Shown here piece by piece: positions 1-10,913 of a stretch of 36,171 bases of DNA. Position 1 is the stretch's first letter. Every line of letters begins with the position of its first letter. A program made the position numbers and the translations under genes. The stretch spans positions 1 through 36,171 of the forward strand of contig JAVHPP010000007.1 of assembly GCA_036170655.1 (NCBI GenBank), written 5' to 3'. The stretch is from Candidatus Zixiibacteriota bacterium. Its GTDB lineage: Bacteria > Zixibacteria > MSB-5A5 > WJJR01. The notes below the pieces were generated by a model, which worked only from the letters and a program-made list of their open reading frames with translations, was not told the DNA's origin and searched no databases.

Positions 1-1050
1 GAACGGATCGGGCGTCTCCTCGAGATGAATGCCAACAAACGCGAGGAGATCAAAGAGGCGACCACGGGACAAATCGTGGCCGCGGTTGGCCTGAAGGACA
101 CGAGCACCGGCCATACGCTTTGCGATATCAATCACCCGATCCAGCTCGAAGTGATGGTCTTCCCGGAACCGGTCATTTCCGTCGCGATCGAACCCAAATC
201 AAAGGTGGATCAAGACCGTCTCACTTCAGCCCTGTCGAAGCTGACAGAAGAAGACCCGACATTCCGCGTCCAGACCGATGAGGAAACGGGCCAGACGATC
301 ATCTCCGGGATGGGTGAACTCCATTTGGAGATCCTGACCGATCGCATGATGCGCGAATTCGGTGTTTCCGCCGTGGTTGGCCGTCCCCAAGTTGCGTACA
401 AGGAGACGATCACCAAAAAAGGAGAGGCGGAAGTCCGTTTCGTTCGGCAGACCGGTGGGCACGGCCAATATGCCCATGTCGTCATCGAGCTCGAGCCCGC
501 TGGCTCGGGGAATGGATTTGTCTTCGAGGACAAGGTCGTGGGAGGCCGGATCCCCCGCGAGTACATTCCCGCCGTCGAGAAGGGCGCCCGCACCGCAATG
601 GGCAATGGGATCCTCGCAGGTTATCCGTTGGTAGACATAAAGATGCGACTGGTCGACGGATCCTACCATGAAGTCGACTCCTCCGATATGGCCTTCCAGA
701 TAGCAGGATCAATGGCCTTGCAGGAAGCTGCAAGGAGGTGTGGCCCGGTTTTGCTGGAGCCGCACATGAACATCGAAGTTGTCCTACCGGAAGAGTACAT
801 GGGTGATGTCATTGGCGATCTCAGCGCACGGCGTGCCAAGATCCATGGAATCGGCGAGCGATCCAACGTGAAGTTGGTGACAGCCACCGCTCCACTGTCT
901 GAAATGTTCGGGTATTCGACGCGGCTCAGGTCCCTGTCCCAAGGGCGTGCAACCTACACCATGCAGTTCTCTCACTATAGCCCGCTGCCCGAGAAGATTG
1001 CCGATGAGCTCGTCAAGGGCAGAACGGTTGGGACCCAGAGGAGGGGCTGA
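1..1050 (+). CDS. fusA: Elongation factor G, C-terminal part (5' end outside window)
   Basis: Frame open from base 1 ([15 protein letters not shown]). Motifs [40 protein letters not shown]. Confidence 0.98.
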   Translation, partial: ERIGRLLEMNANKREEIKEATTGQIVAAVGLKDTSTGHTLCDINHPIQLEVMVFPEPVISVAIEPKSKVDQDRLTSALSKLTEEDPTFRVQTDEETGQTIISGMGELHLEILTDRMMREFGVSAVVGRPQVAYKETITKKGEAEVRFVRQTGGHGQYAHVVIELEPAGSGNGFVFEDKVVGGRIPREYIPAVEKGARTAMGNGILAGYPLVDIKMRLVDGSYHEVDSSDMAFQIAGSMALQEAARRCGPVLLEPHMNIEVVLPEEYMGDVIGDLSARRAKIHGIGERSNVKLVTATAPLSEMFGYSTRLRSLSQGRATYTMQFSHYSPLPEKIADELVKGRTVGTQRRG

Positions 1051-1119
1051 GCCTCGCAGGGGGAGTTAATCGCGAGACATCCGAAGCAGCCGAAAAAATG
1101 CGAACCGTGAAAATAGTTC

Positions 1120-1147
1120 TTGTGCCCGAAGGTTTTGGGGATATATT
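1120..1147 (+). promoter_or_regulatory. Candidate sigma70 promoter for the S10 operon
   Basis: TTGTGC (1120-1125), 16-nt spacer, TATATT (1142-1147), with A-tracts upstream, in the fusA-rpsJ gap. Confidence 0.45.
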
Positions 1148-1220
1148 GGAAACTCTTTTCGGTTTTCGCCACTTCGTTGACGGGAATCCGATTTCGACCG
1201 TAGTTGGATGGGAGTGAGAG

Positions 1221-1532
1221 TTGGAGATCGGGCAGAAAATACGGATTCGACTCAAAGCGTACGACCACCGTGCGCTGGACAAGTCGACCCAGGAGATCGC
1301 CCGCACGGCGATGCGCACCGGTGCTCGCATTGTCGGGCCGATACCTCTGCCGACCAAGCGGAGTCTCTACACGGTCCTGCGGTCGCCCCATGTAGACAAG
1401 AAGTCCCGCGAACAATTCGAAACACGCATCCACAAGCGCTTGATCGATATTCTGGAATCGAGTCCGCAGACCGTAGATGCCCTGATGAAGCTCGAATTGC
1501 CCGTGGGCGTTGATGTTGAGATTAAGGTGTGA
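1221..1532 (+). CDS. rpsJ: 30S ribosomal protein S10
   Basis: [35 protein letters not shown] start two codons after an in-frame TGA; GGAG SD at 1211-1214. Confidence 0.98.
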   Translation: MEIGQKIRIRLKAYDHRALDKSTQEIARTAMRTGARIVGPIPLPTKRSLYTVLRSPHVDKKSREQFETRIHKRLIDILESSPQTVDALMKLELPVGVDVEIKV

Positions 1533-1545
1533 TCAAGGGTTTGGA

Positions 1546-2175
1546 ATGACGATGCGACATCTGTACGGGATCAAGCGGGGCATGAGCCGAATCTTCACCG
1601 AGAGTGGTGAAGCGATCGGTGTAACCGTCGTCGAAGCAAAGCCGACTCCTATCGTGCAGGTGAAGACCAAGGCCACGGATGGGTATGATGCCATCCAGGT
1701 CGGCGTGGGTGACAGGCGGAAGGCTCTGTTCAGCAAACCGCAGCTGGGGCACTTCGGTGAGTTGGCGCCGACACGGTATCTCCGAGAGGTTCGTCTCGAC
1801 AGTTCTTCGACTCAGAAGAAAGGCGATCTGCTAACTGTCGAGGTCTTCAAGGCTGGTGATCGTGTCGATGTAACTGGCATCTCCAAGGGCTTGGGATTCC
1901 AGGGCGTTGTTCGCCGGCATCATTTTCGCGGTGGGCCCAAGACTCATGGTCAATCGGACCGTTGGCGCGCTCCAGGGTCTGTTGGGGCCAGTTCCTATCC
2001 TTCGCGCGTGTTCCGTGGTCAGCGTATGGCTGGTCGGATGGGCAGCGACCGGGTGACCGTGCAGAATCTGGATGTCGTCGCTGTCAATGCAGCGGAGAAT
2101 TTGATTCTTCTGCGAGGGGCTGTTCCTGGCAAGCCCAATTCTCTAGTCCTGTTGCGGGAGACTGTCAAGCAGTGA
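1546..2175 (+). CDS. rplC: 50S ribosomal protein L3
   Basis: [39 protein letters not shown]. Start ATG 1546 or 1552. Confidence 0.97.
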   Translation: MTMRHLYGIKRGMSRIFTESGEAIGVTVVEAKPTPIVQVKTKATDGYDAIQVGVGDRRKALFSKPQLGHFGELAPTRYLREVRLDSSSTQKKGDLLTVEVFKAGDRVDVTGISKGLGFQGVVRRHHFRGGPKTHGQSDRWRAPGSVGASSYPSRVFRGQRMAGRMGSDRVTVQNLDVVAVNAAENLILLRGAVPGKPNSLVLLRETVKQ

Positions 2176-2218
2176 GCGTCTGGTGGATGCGACCCTGTTT
2201 GGCCGAGGCGGATATATC

Positions 2219-2851
2219 ATGGACTTGACGGCGCCAAAATACAGTGCGGATGGCTCGAAAGCGGGGACCGTGACTTTGCCCGAGGCCCTGTTCGGGCATG
2301 AGCCGCATGCGGCGGCGTTGCATGCTTATGTGAAGATGTACGGGGCCAATCAGCGCCAGGGGACTGTGAAGACGAAGACGCGCGCTGAGGTGTCTGGTGG
2401 TGGGACCAAACCATGGCGTCAAAAGGGAACCGGACGCGCGCGGTCTGGGTCGAATACCTCTCCGGTTTGGGTGGGTGGCGGACGCGCGTTTGGCCCGAAG
2501 CCCCGTGATCACCGCGAGAAGCTCCCGCGTAAAGTGCGCCGGCTGGCCCTGCTGTCGGCTCTGTCGCTCAAAGCCCGCAGCGGGGCGGTTCGTGTTTGGG
2601 AAAGACGGGAATTCGAGGCCCCCAAGACAAAGCTGGTTGTGCAGCCCTTGGAGCAGATGGGTTTGGTGGGGCGCCGGGTGCTCTTTCTTGACGAAGGGAT
2701 CGTGCCCAATCTGTCGCTGTCTTGCCGCAATGTCCCGTGGCTGATGCGCGTCCGTGCGGATTTGATCAACGCCTACGAAGTAATGCGCGCTCAGGATCTG
2801 GTGATCTCTCCCGAGGGTTTGACGCGGATGGCGGAGGTCTTGGCTGAATGA
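2219..2851 (+). CDS. rplD: 50S ribosomal protein L4
   Basis: RQGTVKTKTRAEVSGGGTKPWRQKGTGRAR, GGGRAFGPKPR. Start moved to ATG 2219 behind GAGG. Confidence 0.97.
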   Translation: MDLTAPKYSADGSKAGTVTLPEALFGHEPHAAALHAYVKMYGANQRQGTVKTKTRAEVSGGGTKPWRQKGTGRARSGSNTSPVWVGGGRAFGPKPRDHREKLPRKVRRLALLSALSLKARSGAVRVWERREFEAPKTKLVVQPLEQMGLVGRRVLFLDEGIVPNLSLSCRNVPWLMRVRADLINAYEVMRAQDLVISPEGLTRMAEVLAE

Positions 2852-3141
2852 AGTACGACGCTCGTGCCATCGTGCATAAGGCGCTGACCACCGAGAAGAG
2901 TCTCAATCAGCGCGAAAAGAAAAGCTGCGTGGCGTTTCGTGTGGCCACGGAGGCCGACAAATTGCAGATCAAACGTGCGATCGAAGAGTTGTTCAAGGTG
3001 AAAGTTATCCATGTTCGCACCATGGTCGTACGGGGGAAGTTGAAACGTCTCGGCCGCTTTGCGGGACGTTGCCCATCCTGGAAAAAGGCGCTGGTCACAA
3101 TCCGCAGTAGCGACCACGTCGAACTGTTTGAGAAGGTCTAA
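2848..3141 (+). CDS. rplW: 50S ribosomal protein L23
   Basis: TEKS, IKRAIEELFKVKV, WKKALVT. ATGA overlap with rplD. Confidence 0.96.
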   Translation: MKYDARAIVHKALTTEKSLNQREKKSCVAFRVATEADKLQIKRAIEELFKVKVIHVRTMVVRGKLKRLGRFAGRCPSWKKALVTIRSSDHVELFEKV

Positions 3142-3171
3142 GGGAAGCCGCCGGTTCCGAGGCGATCGAAT

Positions 3172-3999
3172 ATGGGTGTCAAGTCATTCAAGCCGACAAG
3201 CGCAGGGATCCGTCACCGGACCGTGCCGACATTTGAGGAAATTACGTCGGTGGCGCCCAAGAAGTCCCTATTGAGGCCGCTCAAGCAGAGTGGCGGACGG
3301 AACAACAAGGGGCGGATAACCAGCCGGTACCGTGGCGGTGGTCACAAACGGTTCTATCGCGTCATCGATTTCAAGCGTGACAAGCATGACATTCCGGCCC
3401 GTGTTGCTTCGATCGAGTATGACCCCAATCGCAGTGCACGCATCGCGTTGCTGCACTATGTTGATGGCGAGAAGCGATACATCTTGGCTCCAGATGGGTT
3501 GGCTGTGGGGGGGATGGTCGTCGCCGGTCCAGCAGTTGATATCAAGGTCGGTAATGCCATGCCATTGTCGAATCTGCCGCTGGGGGTTGCCGTCCATAAT
3601 GTGGAAATGCGTGCTGGCAAGGGTGGTCAGATGGCCCGAAGTGCGGGCTCTCAGGTGGTGTTGGCCGCCAAGGAGGGCGGAATGGCGCACCTGCGGCTCC
3701 CCTCTGGTGAGATACGTCTGGTCCGTGAGTCATGCTATGCCACGATCGGGCAGGTCGGCAATCTCGATCATGAGAATATATCGCTGGGCAAGGCAGGGGC
3801 GAAGCGCTGGCTAGGCCGTCGTCCGCATGTCCGCGGTGTCGCCCGTAATCCCGTCGACCACCCGATGGGCGGTGGCGAGGGGAAGTCTTCCGGCGGACGT
3901 CATCCCTGCAGCCCGTGGGGACAGAAAAGCAAGGGGTTGAAAACCAGGAAGAAGCGTAAGTCGTCAAGCAAGTGGATTGTCAAGCGTCGTGACCGGTAG
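3172..3999 (+). CDS. rplB: 50S ribosomal protein L2
   Basis: [40 protein letters not shown]. Confidence 0.98.
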   Translation: MGVKSFKPTSAGIRHRTVPTFEEITSVAPKKSLLRPLKQSGGRNNKGRITSRYRGGGHKRFYRVIDFKRDKHDIPARVASIEYDPNRSARIALLHYVDGEKRYILAPDGLAVGGMVVAGPAVDIKVGNAMPLSNLPLGVAVHNVEMRAGKGGQMARSAGSQVVLAAKEGGMAHLRLPSGEIRLVRESCYATIGQVGNLDHENISLGKAGAKRWLGRRPHVRGVARNPVDHPMGGGEGKSSGGRHPCSPWGQKSKGLKTRKKRKSSSKWIVKRRDR

Positions 4000-4075
4000 C
4001 GAATTTGGCTGGATGTTGTTGATAGTGTCGCAGGATAGATCGATCGAGTCATGGTAAGCATCTGAGGAGTTTGGA

Positions 4076-4369
4076 TTGACGCGTTCGCTGAAAAAAGGTC
4101 CGTACATTGATCAGAATCTTGCCCGAGTGGTCGCCCGCCTGAACACGGAGGGCGAGAAGCGGGTAGTCAAGACTTGGGCGCGGCGCTCCACGATTCCTCC
4201 GGACTTTGTGGGGCACACGATCGCCATCCATAATGGCAACAAGTTCATCCCGGTCTATGTGACCGAGAACATGGTTGGGCATAAATTGGGCGAGTTCGCG
4301 CCCACACGCACTTTCCGCGGGCACAGCGGCAAGAAGACGGAGAAAGCGACTGGGCCGGCCCACAAGTAA
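4076..4369 (+). CDS. rpsS: 30S ribosomal protein S19
   Basis: [35 protein letters not shown] start with AGGAG SD. Confidence 0.98.
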   Translation: MTRSLKKGPYIDQNLARVVARLNTEGEKRVVKTWARRSTIPPDFVGHTIAIHNGNKFIPVYVTENMVGHKLGEFAPTRTFRGHSGKKTEKATGPAHK

Positions 4370-4406
4370 TCGTTTGCCGGGTGACTGGTTGAATTGGGAA
4401 CGTTTT

Positions 4407-4838
4407 ATGGAAGCGACAGCAAAAGCACGGTATTTGCGGGGTTCGGCTCGCAAGATGCGCCGCGTGGCGGCCCTGGTGAAGGGCATGAAAGTCTCCCTCG
4501 CCACAGAAATGTTGCGCCATGTGCCCAAGGGCGCTGCGCTGCCCTTGTTCAAAGTGGTCAAGTCGGCGGCCGCGAATGCGCTGGCTGTCGGGGGGACGGG
4601 TCACCACAAAGAAGACGATCTGATTGTGATGGACGTGCGGGTCGACGGTGGTCCTATTGCGCGTCGCTTCCGCGCCGTCGGGATGGGGCGGGCCTATCGC
4701 ATCCGCAAGCGGTACTGTCACGTTTGTGTTGTTGTTTCCGACGAAGTGCCGGGCAGCCGGGGACGTAAGCGTACAACGCAAACCACCAAGACGGTCGCGA
4801 CGAAAGTGGCCGATGCAAAAGTGGAGACAGTCAGCTAA
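4407..4838 (+). CDS. rplV: 50S ribosomal protein L22 with C-terminal extension
   Basis: [38 protein letters not shown]. Lies between rpsS and rpsC. Confidence 0.96.
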   Translation: MEATAKARYLRGSARKMRRVAALVKGMKVSLATEMLRHVPKGAALPLFKVVKSAAANALAVGGTGHHKEDDLIVMDVRVDGGPIARRFRAVGMGRAYRIRKRYCHVCVVVSDEVPGSRGRKRTTQTTKTVATKVADAKVETVS

Positions 4839-4894
4839 GTATCCAGGCCCCGTGGCTTGGAAGTATGTTTGGGTGGGTTGTAACGGAGGTTGAT

Positions 4895-5680
4895 TTGGGA
4901 CAGAAGACAAATCCGATAGGCTTTCGTGTCGGCGTTATACGTGGCTGGTCTTCGAAGTGGTTTGCCGGACGAAACTTTGCGGATCTTCTGTTTGAGGATC
5001 TGACGATCAAGCGCTACGTCAACCAGAGGTTGGATAACGCCGGGATTGCCAAGATCGAAATTGTCCGTGCTCCCAAGCGTGTCACCGTGGACATCCATAC
5101 ATCTCGCCCCGGCATTGTCATTGGACGCAAGGGCGCTGAAGTCGACAAGTTGCGCGAGGAACTGCAGTTGTTGACCAAGAAAGATATCACAATTAACATC
5201 GTCGAGGTGAAGCGTCCCGAGATGCGCGCCCGTCTGGTGGCCGAGTCGATCGCGCGGCAGCTCGAGGGGCGAATTTCCTTCCGTCGTGCGATGAAGAAGG
5301 CCGTTGCGTCGACCATGAAGATGGGGGCCCAGGGCATTCGCGTGCAGTGTGGCGGCCGGTTGGGCGGCAACGAAATCGCGCGCACGGAGAAATATCTGGA
5401 GGGACGTGTCCCGTTGCACACGCTGCGGGCCGATATTGATTTTGCCAAAGCCACAGCCCACACGGCCTATGGTTGCATTGGCGTCAAGGTTTGGATCTGC
5501 AAGGGTGAGGTCTTGGGCGTCAGTGACGGCTCCGAGAAAGAAGAAGAGCCGCCGGTATTCGGACGTGAACGTGACCGTCGCGCGGGCAAGAAGCATCCGG
5601 CCGCTCCGCGTTCCCGCCGGAAATTGCCCGCCGGTGAATCGGGTAGCGCGCCAACAGGGGTGGTGGGAACAGAAGGTTGA
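4895..5680 (+). CDS. rpsC: 30S ribosomal protein S3
   Basis: [14 protein letters not shown] motif [33 protein letters not shown] start at 4895 after GGAGGT. Confidence 0.98.
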   Translation: MGQKTNPIGFRVGVIRGWSSKWFAGRNFADLLFEDLTIKRYVNQRLDNAGIAKIEIVRAPKRVTVDIHTSRPGIVIGRKGAEVDKLREELQLLTKKDITINIVEVKRPEMRARLVAESIARQLEGRISFRRAMKKAVASTMKMGAQGIRVQCGGRLGGNEIARTEKYLEGRVPLHTLRADIDFAKATAHTAYGCIGVKVWICKGEVLGVSDGSEKEEEPPVFGRERDRRAGKKHPAAPRSRRKLPAGESGSAPTGVVGTEG

Positions 5681-5746
5681 TCTGCGTCCATGGGGTGTTG
5701 GTCCTGGGGCTGGCCGGACGCCGATTACGATTGACTGAGTGAGATT

Positions 5747-6166
5747 ATGCTGTCACCAAAACGAGTCAAATACCGCAAGCAGCAACGGGGCAACCGTTGT
5801 GGGAAAGCATACCGTGGAGGAACGATCGCCTTTGGCCAGTATGGTCTCAAGGCGATGGAGCCGGCTTGGATCAGCAACAAGCAGATTGAGGCTGCCCGCG
5901 TTGCCCTCACGCGCTATATCAAGCGTGGCGGCAAGGTTTGGATACGGATTTTCCCTGATAAGCCGGTGACCGTCAAGCCGGCCGAAACCCGAATGGGCAA
6001 GGGGAAGGGGAACCCGGAATTCTGGGTGGCGGTTGTGAAGCCCGGGCGTATCCTGTTCGAGTTGGATGGTGTAACCGAAGAGCTGGCGGGGGTGGCCCTT
6101 CGTCTGGCGGCGAACAAGCTCCCGGTGAAAACGAAATTTGTGAAAGCGATGACACTCGAGAACTAA
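5747..6166 (+). CDS. rplP: 50S ribosomal protein L16
   Basis: [35 protein letters not shown]. Confidence 0.98.
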   Translation: MLSPKRVKYRKQQRGNRCGKAYRGGTIAFGQYGLKAMEPAWISNKQIEAARVALTRYIKRGGKVWIRIFPDKPVTVKPAETRMGKGKGNPEFWVAVVKPGRILFELDGVTEELAGVALRLAANKLPVKTKFVKAMTLEN

Positions 6167-6180
6167 TGGTGGTCTGATCC

Positions 6181-6420
6181 ATGCCAATGACGAAACCCGA
6201 CCGCTTACGTGAGATGGCTCGCCCCGAGTTGACGCACTACTTGGGGGAGCTTGAAGATGAGTTGTTTAATCTGCGCGTACGACGGGCGCTTCAGCCCCCG
6301 GATAATCCGCTTCGGTTACGCTATCTGCGTCGGCAGCGGGCGCGTGTGAAGACTGTGCTTCGCCAGGGCGAGTTGGGGATCGGAGCGATCCCGGTCAGCG
6401 GCTTGACTGCAAACGAATGA
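6181..6420 (+). CDS. rpmC: 50S ribosomal protein L29
   Basis: [24 protein letters not shown]. Lies between rplP and rpsQ. Start 6181 or 6187. Confidence 0.93.
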   Translation: MPMTKPDRLREMARPELTHYLGELEDELFNLRVRRALQPPDNPLRLRYLRRQRARVKTVLRQGELGIGAIPVSGLTANE

Positions 6421-6439
6421 TTGTTGTACGGTGAGGATG

Positions 6440-6703
6440 ATGGCTGAGACTACAAGAGCACAGCGCAAGACACGGATTGGCGTGGTTGTGTCCGACAAAA
6501 TGGACAAGACCATCACAGTGAAAATCGAACGTGCCATGAAGCATCCCACCTATGGGCGTGTGATCAAACGATCCGCGAAGTTGATGGCGCATGACGAGTC
6601 CGGCCAGGCTGGCATCGGCGACCGCGTGCTGGTGATGGAGACACGGCCGCTGTCCAGGTGCAAGCGTTGGCGCCTCGTGGAGATACTCGAAAAGGCGAAG
6701 TGA
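6440..6703 (+). CDS. rpsQ: 30S ribosomal protein S17
   Basis: [30 protein letters not shown]. Start ATG 6437 or 6440. Confidence 0.97.
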   Translation: MAETTRAQRKTRIGVVVSDKMDKTITVKIERAMKHPTYGRVIKRSAKLMAHDESGQAGIGDRVLVMETRPLSRCKRWRLVEILEKAK

Positions 6704-6744
6704 TTCCGGATGCTGATGCGGTCTGCAATGGAATGGGTTGATCG

Positions 6745-7113
6745 ATGATTCAGGAATACAGCCGACTCATAGTGGCCGACAACTCCGGCGCCAAAGTGAT
6801 CATGTGCTTTCGCGTTTTGGGTGGGACGCGCCGCCGATACGCCCGAGTGGGTGACATCATCGTCTGCTCGGTCAAAGATGCGATACCGGGAGGAACGGTC
6901 AAAAAGAAAGAAAAATGCAGGGCCGTCGTGGTGCGCACCACCTGCCCGACCCGCCGCAAAGATGGGTCGTATATCCGGTTTTCCGACAATGCCGCGGTCA
7001 TCATCACGGAGACGGGGGAACCGCGGGGCACGCGCATCTTCGGGCCCGTTGCCCGGGAGTTGCGTGAGAAGAATTTTATGAAGATCGTATCGCTGGCGCC
7101 CGAGGTGTTGTGA
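6745..7113 (+). CDS. rplN: 50S ribosomal protein L14
   Basis: [31 protein letters not shown]. Confidence 0.98.
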   Translation: MIQEYSRLIVADNSGAKVIMCFRVLGGTRRRYARVGDIIVCSVKDAIPGGTVKKKEKCRAVVVRTTCPTRRKDGSYIRFSDNAAVIITETGEPRGTRIFGPVARELREKNFMKIVSLAPEVL

Positions 7114-7152
7114 AAAGCAATCCTTGGCCGGTGTCAGAGTGAAAGATGAGTG

Positions 7153-7377
7153 ATGGGAGCGCGAATCAAGAAGGGTGATCAGGTGATTGTGCTGACGGGA
7201 AAATACCGCGGCAAGGCCGGGCGTGTCCTCCGCGTCTACCCAAAGAAGGACCGTTTGGTTGTTGAGGGCATCAATATCATTAAGCGTCATACCCGCCCCA
7301 CGCAACGCAACCCCAAGGGCGGGATTGTCGAGAAGGAAGCGCCCATTCATATTTCTAATGTCAAGCGTCAGGTGTGA
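7153..7377 (+). CDS. rplX: 50S ribosomal protein L24, short form (74 aa)
   Basis: KOW motif [31 protein letters not shown]. Confidence 0.96.
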   Translation: MGARIKKGDQVIVLTGKYRGKAGRVLRVYPKKDRLVVEGINIIKRHTRPTQRNPKGGIVEKEAPIHISNVKRQV

Positions 7378-7402
7378 GAGCTTTCGAACAATTGGGACAT
7401 AT

Positions 7403-7945
7403 ATGGCTCGTTTAGATAAGAAATATCGCGAAGAGGTCGCCCCCAAGCTCCAGGCCCAGTTTGGGTTCAAGAGCATCATGCGGGCTCCTCGCGTGGAGAA
7501 GATTGTCATCAATCAGGGGCTGGGCGAAGCGATCGCCAACCCGAAAGTGATTGAAAGCGCCGTGGCGGATCTGGCGCAGATTGCCGGTCAGAAGCCGGTG
7601 ATCCGGCGCGCCCGCAAGTCGATTTCGAATTTCAAATTGCGCGAGGGCGTGCCCATCGGGTGCTCGGTTACGCTGCGCGGCGCCCGGATGTATGAGTTCC
7701 TTGACCGGCTGACCAGCGTGGCCCTCCCGCGCGTTCGCGATTTCCGCGGCGTGCCTACAAAATCCTTTGACGGTCGCGGAAATTACACGCTGGGGATTAA
7801 GGAACAGATCATTTTTCCGGAGATCAATTACGACAAGATCGACAAGATCCGTGGGATGAACATCACCATCTGCACAACAGCCAAGACGGACGAAGAGGGA
7901 ATCGAGCTTCTCCGTTTGATGGGAATGCCATTCCGTAAGAACTGA
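7403..7945 (+). CDS. rplE: 50S ribosomal protein L5
   Basis: [43 protein letters not shown]. Start ATG 7403. Confidence 0.98.
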   Translation: MARLDKKYREEVAPKLQAQFGFKSIMRAPRVEKIVINQGLGEAIANPKVIESAVADLAQIAGQKPVIRRARKSISNFKLREGVPIGCSVTLRGARMYEFLDRLTSVALPRVRDFRGVPTKSFDGRGNYTLGIKEQIIFPEINYDKIDKIRGMNITICTTAKTDEEGIELLRLMGMPFRKN

Positions 7946-8001
7946 TGCGCATGATAGGTACCCGGCCGGCGTTGCGCCGGTGAGAATCGCGAGCGAGATT
8001 G

Positions 8002-8187
8002 ATGGCTAAGAAATGTCTGATTGAAAAGCAGAAACGGAAACCCAAGTTCGCCGTCCGTGCGTACAGCCGTTGTCGGCGTTGCGGTCGCCCGCGGGGGTTC
8101 ATGCGCCGTTTCGGAATGTGCCGGATTTGTTTCCGCGAACTGGCGCTGTCGGGCGAGATTCCCGGGGTCATGAAGGCCAGTTGGTAG
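8002..8187 (+). CDS. rpsN: 30S ribosomal protein S14, Zn-binding type Z
   Basis: 61 aa with CRRC and CRIC zinc ligands; ends GVMKASW. Confidence 0.97.
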   Translation: MAKKCLIEKQKRKPKFAVRAYSRCRRCGRPRGFMRRFGMCRICFRELALSGEIPGVMKASW

Positions 8188-8221
8188 TGTTTCGTCCATT
8201 CGAGATTCTGGAGTTGCAGCG

Positions 8222-8620
8222 ATGTCAATGAGCGATCCGATTGCTGATTTGCTGGTGCGCATCCGTAACGCGGCGGGGGCCGGACACAAGCGTGTGGAGA
8301 TCCCCTCCTCGAGGATCAAGCGGGAGATTGTGCGTGTGCTCTACGAGAACCATTACGTTCGCGGTTATTCGGAGATCCCTGACGACAAACAGAACAAGCT
8401 TGTGGTCCGCCTCCGGTACACGCCGCAGCGTGAGTCGGTTATCACCGGCTTGGCTCGGGTCTCGCGTCCCGGTTTGCGTCGCTACGGCGATGCGGATGAT
8501 GTCAAAGTGGTCGGGCGCCGCTTGGGGGTCACGATTCTTTCCACGTCCCGTGGAATCATGACCGATCAGGATGCGGCCAAAAAGCGTATCGGTGGCGAAT
8601 TTCTCTGTCGTGTTTGGTAG
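8222..8620 (+). CDS. rpsH: 30S ribosomal protein S8
   Basis: DPIADLLVRIRNA, SRPGLRRY, STSRGIMTD, GGEFLCRVW. Confidence 0.98.
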   Translation: MSMSDPIADLLVRIRNAAGAGHKRVEIPSSRIKREIVRVLYENHYVRGYSEIPDDKQNKLVVRLRYTPQRESVITGLARVSRPGLRRYGDADDVKVVGRRLGVTILSTSRGIMTDQDAAKKRIGGEFLCRVW

Positions 8621-8628
8621 GATGTGAT

Positions 8629-9165
8629 ATGTCACGTGTCGGCAAGCAACCAATTCCCATTCCGCCCGGTGTCCACGTGCGCGTGGACGGTTCCACCGTC
8701 TATGTCAAAGGGCCGAAGGGCGAGATGACCCAGCTCGTTCGGTCCGAAGTGTCTGTAATCGTCGCCGATAACCAGGTCAATGTCGAGCGATCGTCGGATC
8801 ACCGGCAAGCGCGGGCCCTCCATGGGCTCACGCGGGCGCTCATTGCCAACATGGTCTCGGGTGTGTCCCAGGGGTTCCGCCGCGTGCTCGAGATAGTCGG
8901 AGTCGGCTATAAAGTGGAACTGATCGGCAAGCGGCTGAACCTGGTAGTGGGGTATTCGCATCCCATCCTCATCACGCCGCCGGATGGGATCACGTTCAAC
9001 GTCGAAAACCCGACCCGCTTCGTTGTGGAAGGGATTTCCAAGCAACTGGTTGGAGAAGTGGCAGCGCGGGTCCGGCATTACCGTCCACCTGAGCCCTATA
9101 AGGGGAAGGGCATTCGGTACGAAGGCGAACACGTGCGCCGCAAGGCCGGAAAGACCGCCGCGTAG
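8629..9165 (+). CDS. rplF: 50S ribosomal protein L6
   Basis: MSRVGKQPI, GLTRALIANMV, PEPYKGKGIRY, RRKAGK. Confidence 0.98.
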   Translation: MSRVGKQPIPIPPGVHVRVDGSTVYVKGPKGEMTQLVRSEVSVIVADNQVNVERSSDHRQARALHGLTRALIANMVSGVSQGFRRVLEIVGVGYKVELIGKRLNLVVGYSHPILITPPDGITFNVENPTRFVVEGISKQLVGEVAARVRHYRPPEPYKGKGIRYEGEHVRRKAGKTAA

Positions 9166-9216
9166 GGTTTTTCCGCCGATGTTTGGATCAGGGCGATTCA
9201 TTGAACAGGTTATGCT

Positions 9217-9588
9217 ATGTCGGATAAACTGAAATCCAGAGATGATCGGGAATTAAGGCGACGCCGTCATGTGCGGCGCCGTATCCGGGGATCGGTTGAG
9301 CGGCCGCGTTTGACCGTGTGCAAGTCGCTGCGCAATATGATCGCCCAGTTGATCGATGATGACGCCGGCCGGACATTGGCATTCTGCACTACAGCGGCGC
9401 CCGGTTTTGTCAGCGGCAAAGAAAAGCTGACCAAAACAGCGGCCGCGAAGTTGCTGGGTATGAAGATCGCAGCGTTGGCGCAGGAACGCGGAATCAAGCG
9501 GGCCGTGTTTGATCGCAATCAATATGTTTACCATGGACGCATTAAAGCGGTCGCCGACGGCGCCCGCGAGGGTGGTTTGGAAATCTGA
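9217..9588 (+). CDS. rplR: 50S ribosomal protein L18
   Basis: ERPRLTV, AQLIDD, FDRNQYVYHGRIKAVADGAREGGL. Confidence 0.97.
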   Translation: MSDKLKSRDDRELRRRRHVRRRIRGSVERPRLTVCKSLRNMIAQLIDDDAGRTLAFCTTAAPGFVSGKEKLTKTAAAKLLGMKIAALAQERGIKRAVFDRNQYVYHGRIKAVADGAREGGLEI

Positions 9589-9646
9589 GGTTCGGTTCAG
9601 TATCGTGGGGATCGTTAGAGGCATTTTTCGTGTGAGGTAAATGACT

Positions 9647-10195
9647 TTGTGGCGTGGCGCACCCGATAGCGGCGAATTCCTGGAAAAGGTTGTGTATATC
9701 AACCGTGTGGCGAAGGTCGTCAAGGGCGGTCGGCGTTTTTCCTTCACGGCCGTTGTGGCGACTGGCGACCGCAAAGGCAAGGTCGGCATCGGTTTGGGCA
9801 AAGCCCACGAAGTTGCTGAGGCCATTCGCAAGGGGCTGGAGTCCGCCAAGAAAGCGCTGGAGTCCGTTGTCATCACCAACGGGACGGTCCCGCACATGGT
9901 GATCGGACGCTCCGGGGCCGCACGTGTTCTCCTCCGTCCCGCCTCACCGGGGACGGGCGTGATCGCCGGTGGCGCCGTTCGCGCCGTCTTGGAATCAGCC
10001 GGAATCCAGGATATTCTCACGAAATCACTCGGGTCGACGAACCCGCATAATGTCGTAAAAGCCACCTTGGATGCGTTGCGCCAGTTGAAGAAGGCTGAGG
10101 CCTTGGGGCAGTTCCGTCAGCGGATCGCCGAAGAGGCGAACCTGACAGGTGCTGTCGATAGCGGACGGCTGGCCAAGAGCGTACCGCAGGAGTAA
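9647..10195 (+). CDS. rpsE: 30S ribosomal protein S5
   Basis: [41 protein letters not shown] 9647 preferred over ATG 9641 on SD spacing (GAGGT 9634-9638). Confidence 0.96.
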   Translation: MWRGAPDSGEFLEKVVYINRVAKVVKGGRRFSFTAVVATGDRKGKVGIGLGKAHEVAEAIRKGLESAKKALESVVITNGTVPHMVIGRSGAARVLLRPASPGTGVIAGGAVRAVLESAGIQDILTKSLGSTNPHNVVKATLDALRQLKKAEALGQFRQRIAEEANLTGAVDSGRLAKSVPQE

Positions 10196-10201
10196 TGACA
10201 C

Positions 10202-10390
10202 ATGTCGGGTAAGCTCAGGATCACCTATACACGCTCCGCCATCCGAATGGTGGCCCGGCACAAAAGGGCTGTTCGTGCGCTTGGTTTGCGCAGACTTCAT
10301 CAAACCGTCCTCCATGATGACACCCCCACGATGCGGGGGATGATCAGGGTGGTCGAGCATCTCGTGACTTGGGAGAAAATTGGCGAGTAG
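10202..10390 (+). CDS. rpmD: 50S ribosomal protein L30
   Basis: KLRITYTRSAI, ALGLRRLHQTV, RGMIRVVEHLV. Confidence 0.96.
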   Translation: MSGKLRITYTRSAIRMVARHKRAVRALGLRRLHQTVLHDDTPTMRGMIRVVEHLVTWEKIGE

Positions 10391-10439
10391 GCCGCACCCT
10401 GGCACGAACGGGCGAAAGAACTCAGTCAGAGCATAGACG

Positions 10440-10913
10440 ATGGATCTCTCTACACTCAAGCCGCCGAAAGGCGCGCATCGAAAACGGAAACGGATCGGGC
10501 GGGGAATCGGTTCCGGTCATGGCAAGACCTCGACACGCGGTCACAAGGGCCAGTTCGCCCATTCGGGCGCAAAGCGCCGGTTCGCCAAAGAGGGCGGCCA
10601 GATGCCGCTGCTTCGCCGCCTGCCCAAGCGCGGATTCGTCAACCCGTTCCGCGTCGAATACGAGGTCGTCAACTTGAGCGACCTCTCCAGGTCAAAGGCG
10701 TCTGGACGGGTCGACATCGCGGTCATGCGACAGCTTAACTTAGTCCACAAGACGAGTCGGCCTGTCAAGGTGCTTGGCAATGGCACGCTGAGTGGCCCCA
10801 TCCGCGTGGTGGCACACGCTTTCTCAAAAACGGCAGAAGAGAAGATCGTGGCTGCCGGTGGAACATGCGAACGCATCCCATTGAAACCTGCGCGGAAAGA
10901 GAGTACCAAGTAA
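10440..10913 (+). CDS. rplO: 50S ribosomal protein L15
   Basis: [44 protein letters not shown]. Confidence 0.98.
   Translation: MDLSTLKPPKGAHRKRKRIGRGIGSGHGKTSTRGHKGQFAHSGAKRRFAKEGGQMPLLRRLPKRGFVNPFRVEYEVVNLSDLSRSKASGRVDIAVMRQLNLVHKTSRPVKVLGNGTLSGPIRVVAHAFSKTAEEKIVAAGGTCERIPLKPARKESTK

Noticed and set aside
7375..7420. Frameshift or TGA readthrough extending the short L24
   Set aside because: Downstream frames give no L24-like sequence and rplE starts 25 nt later.
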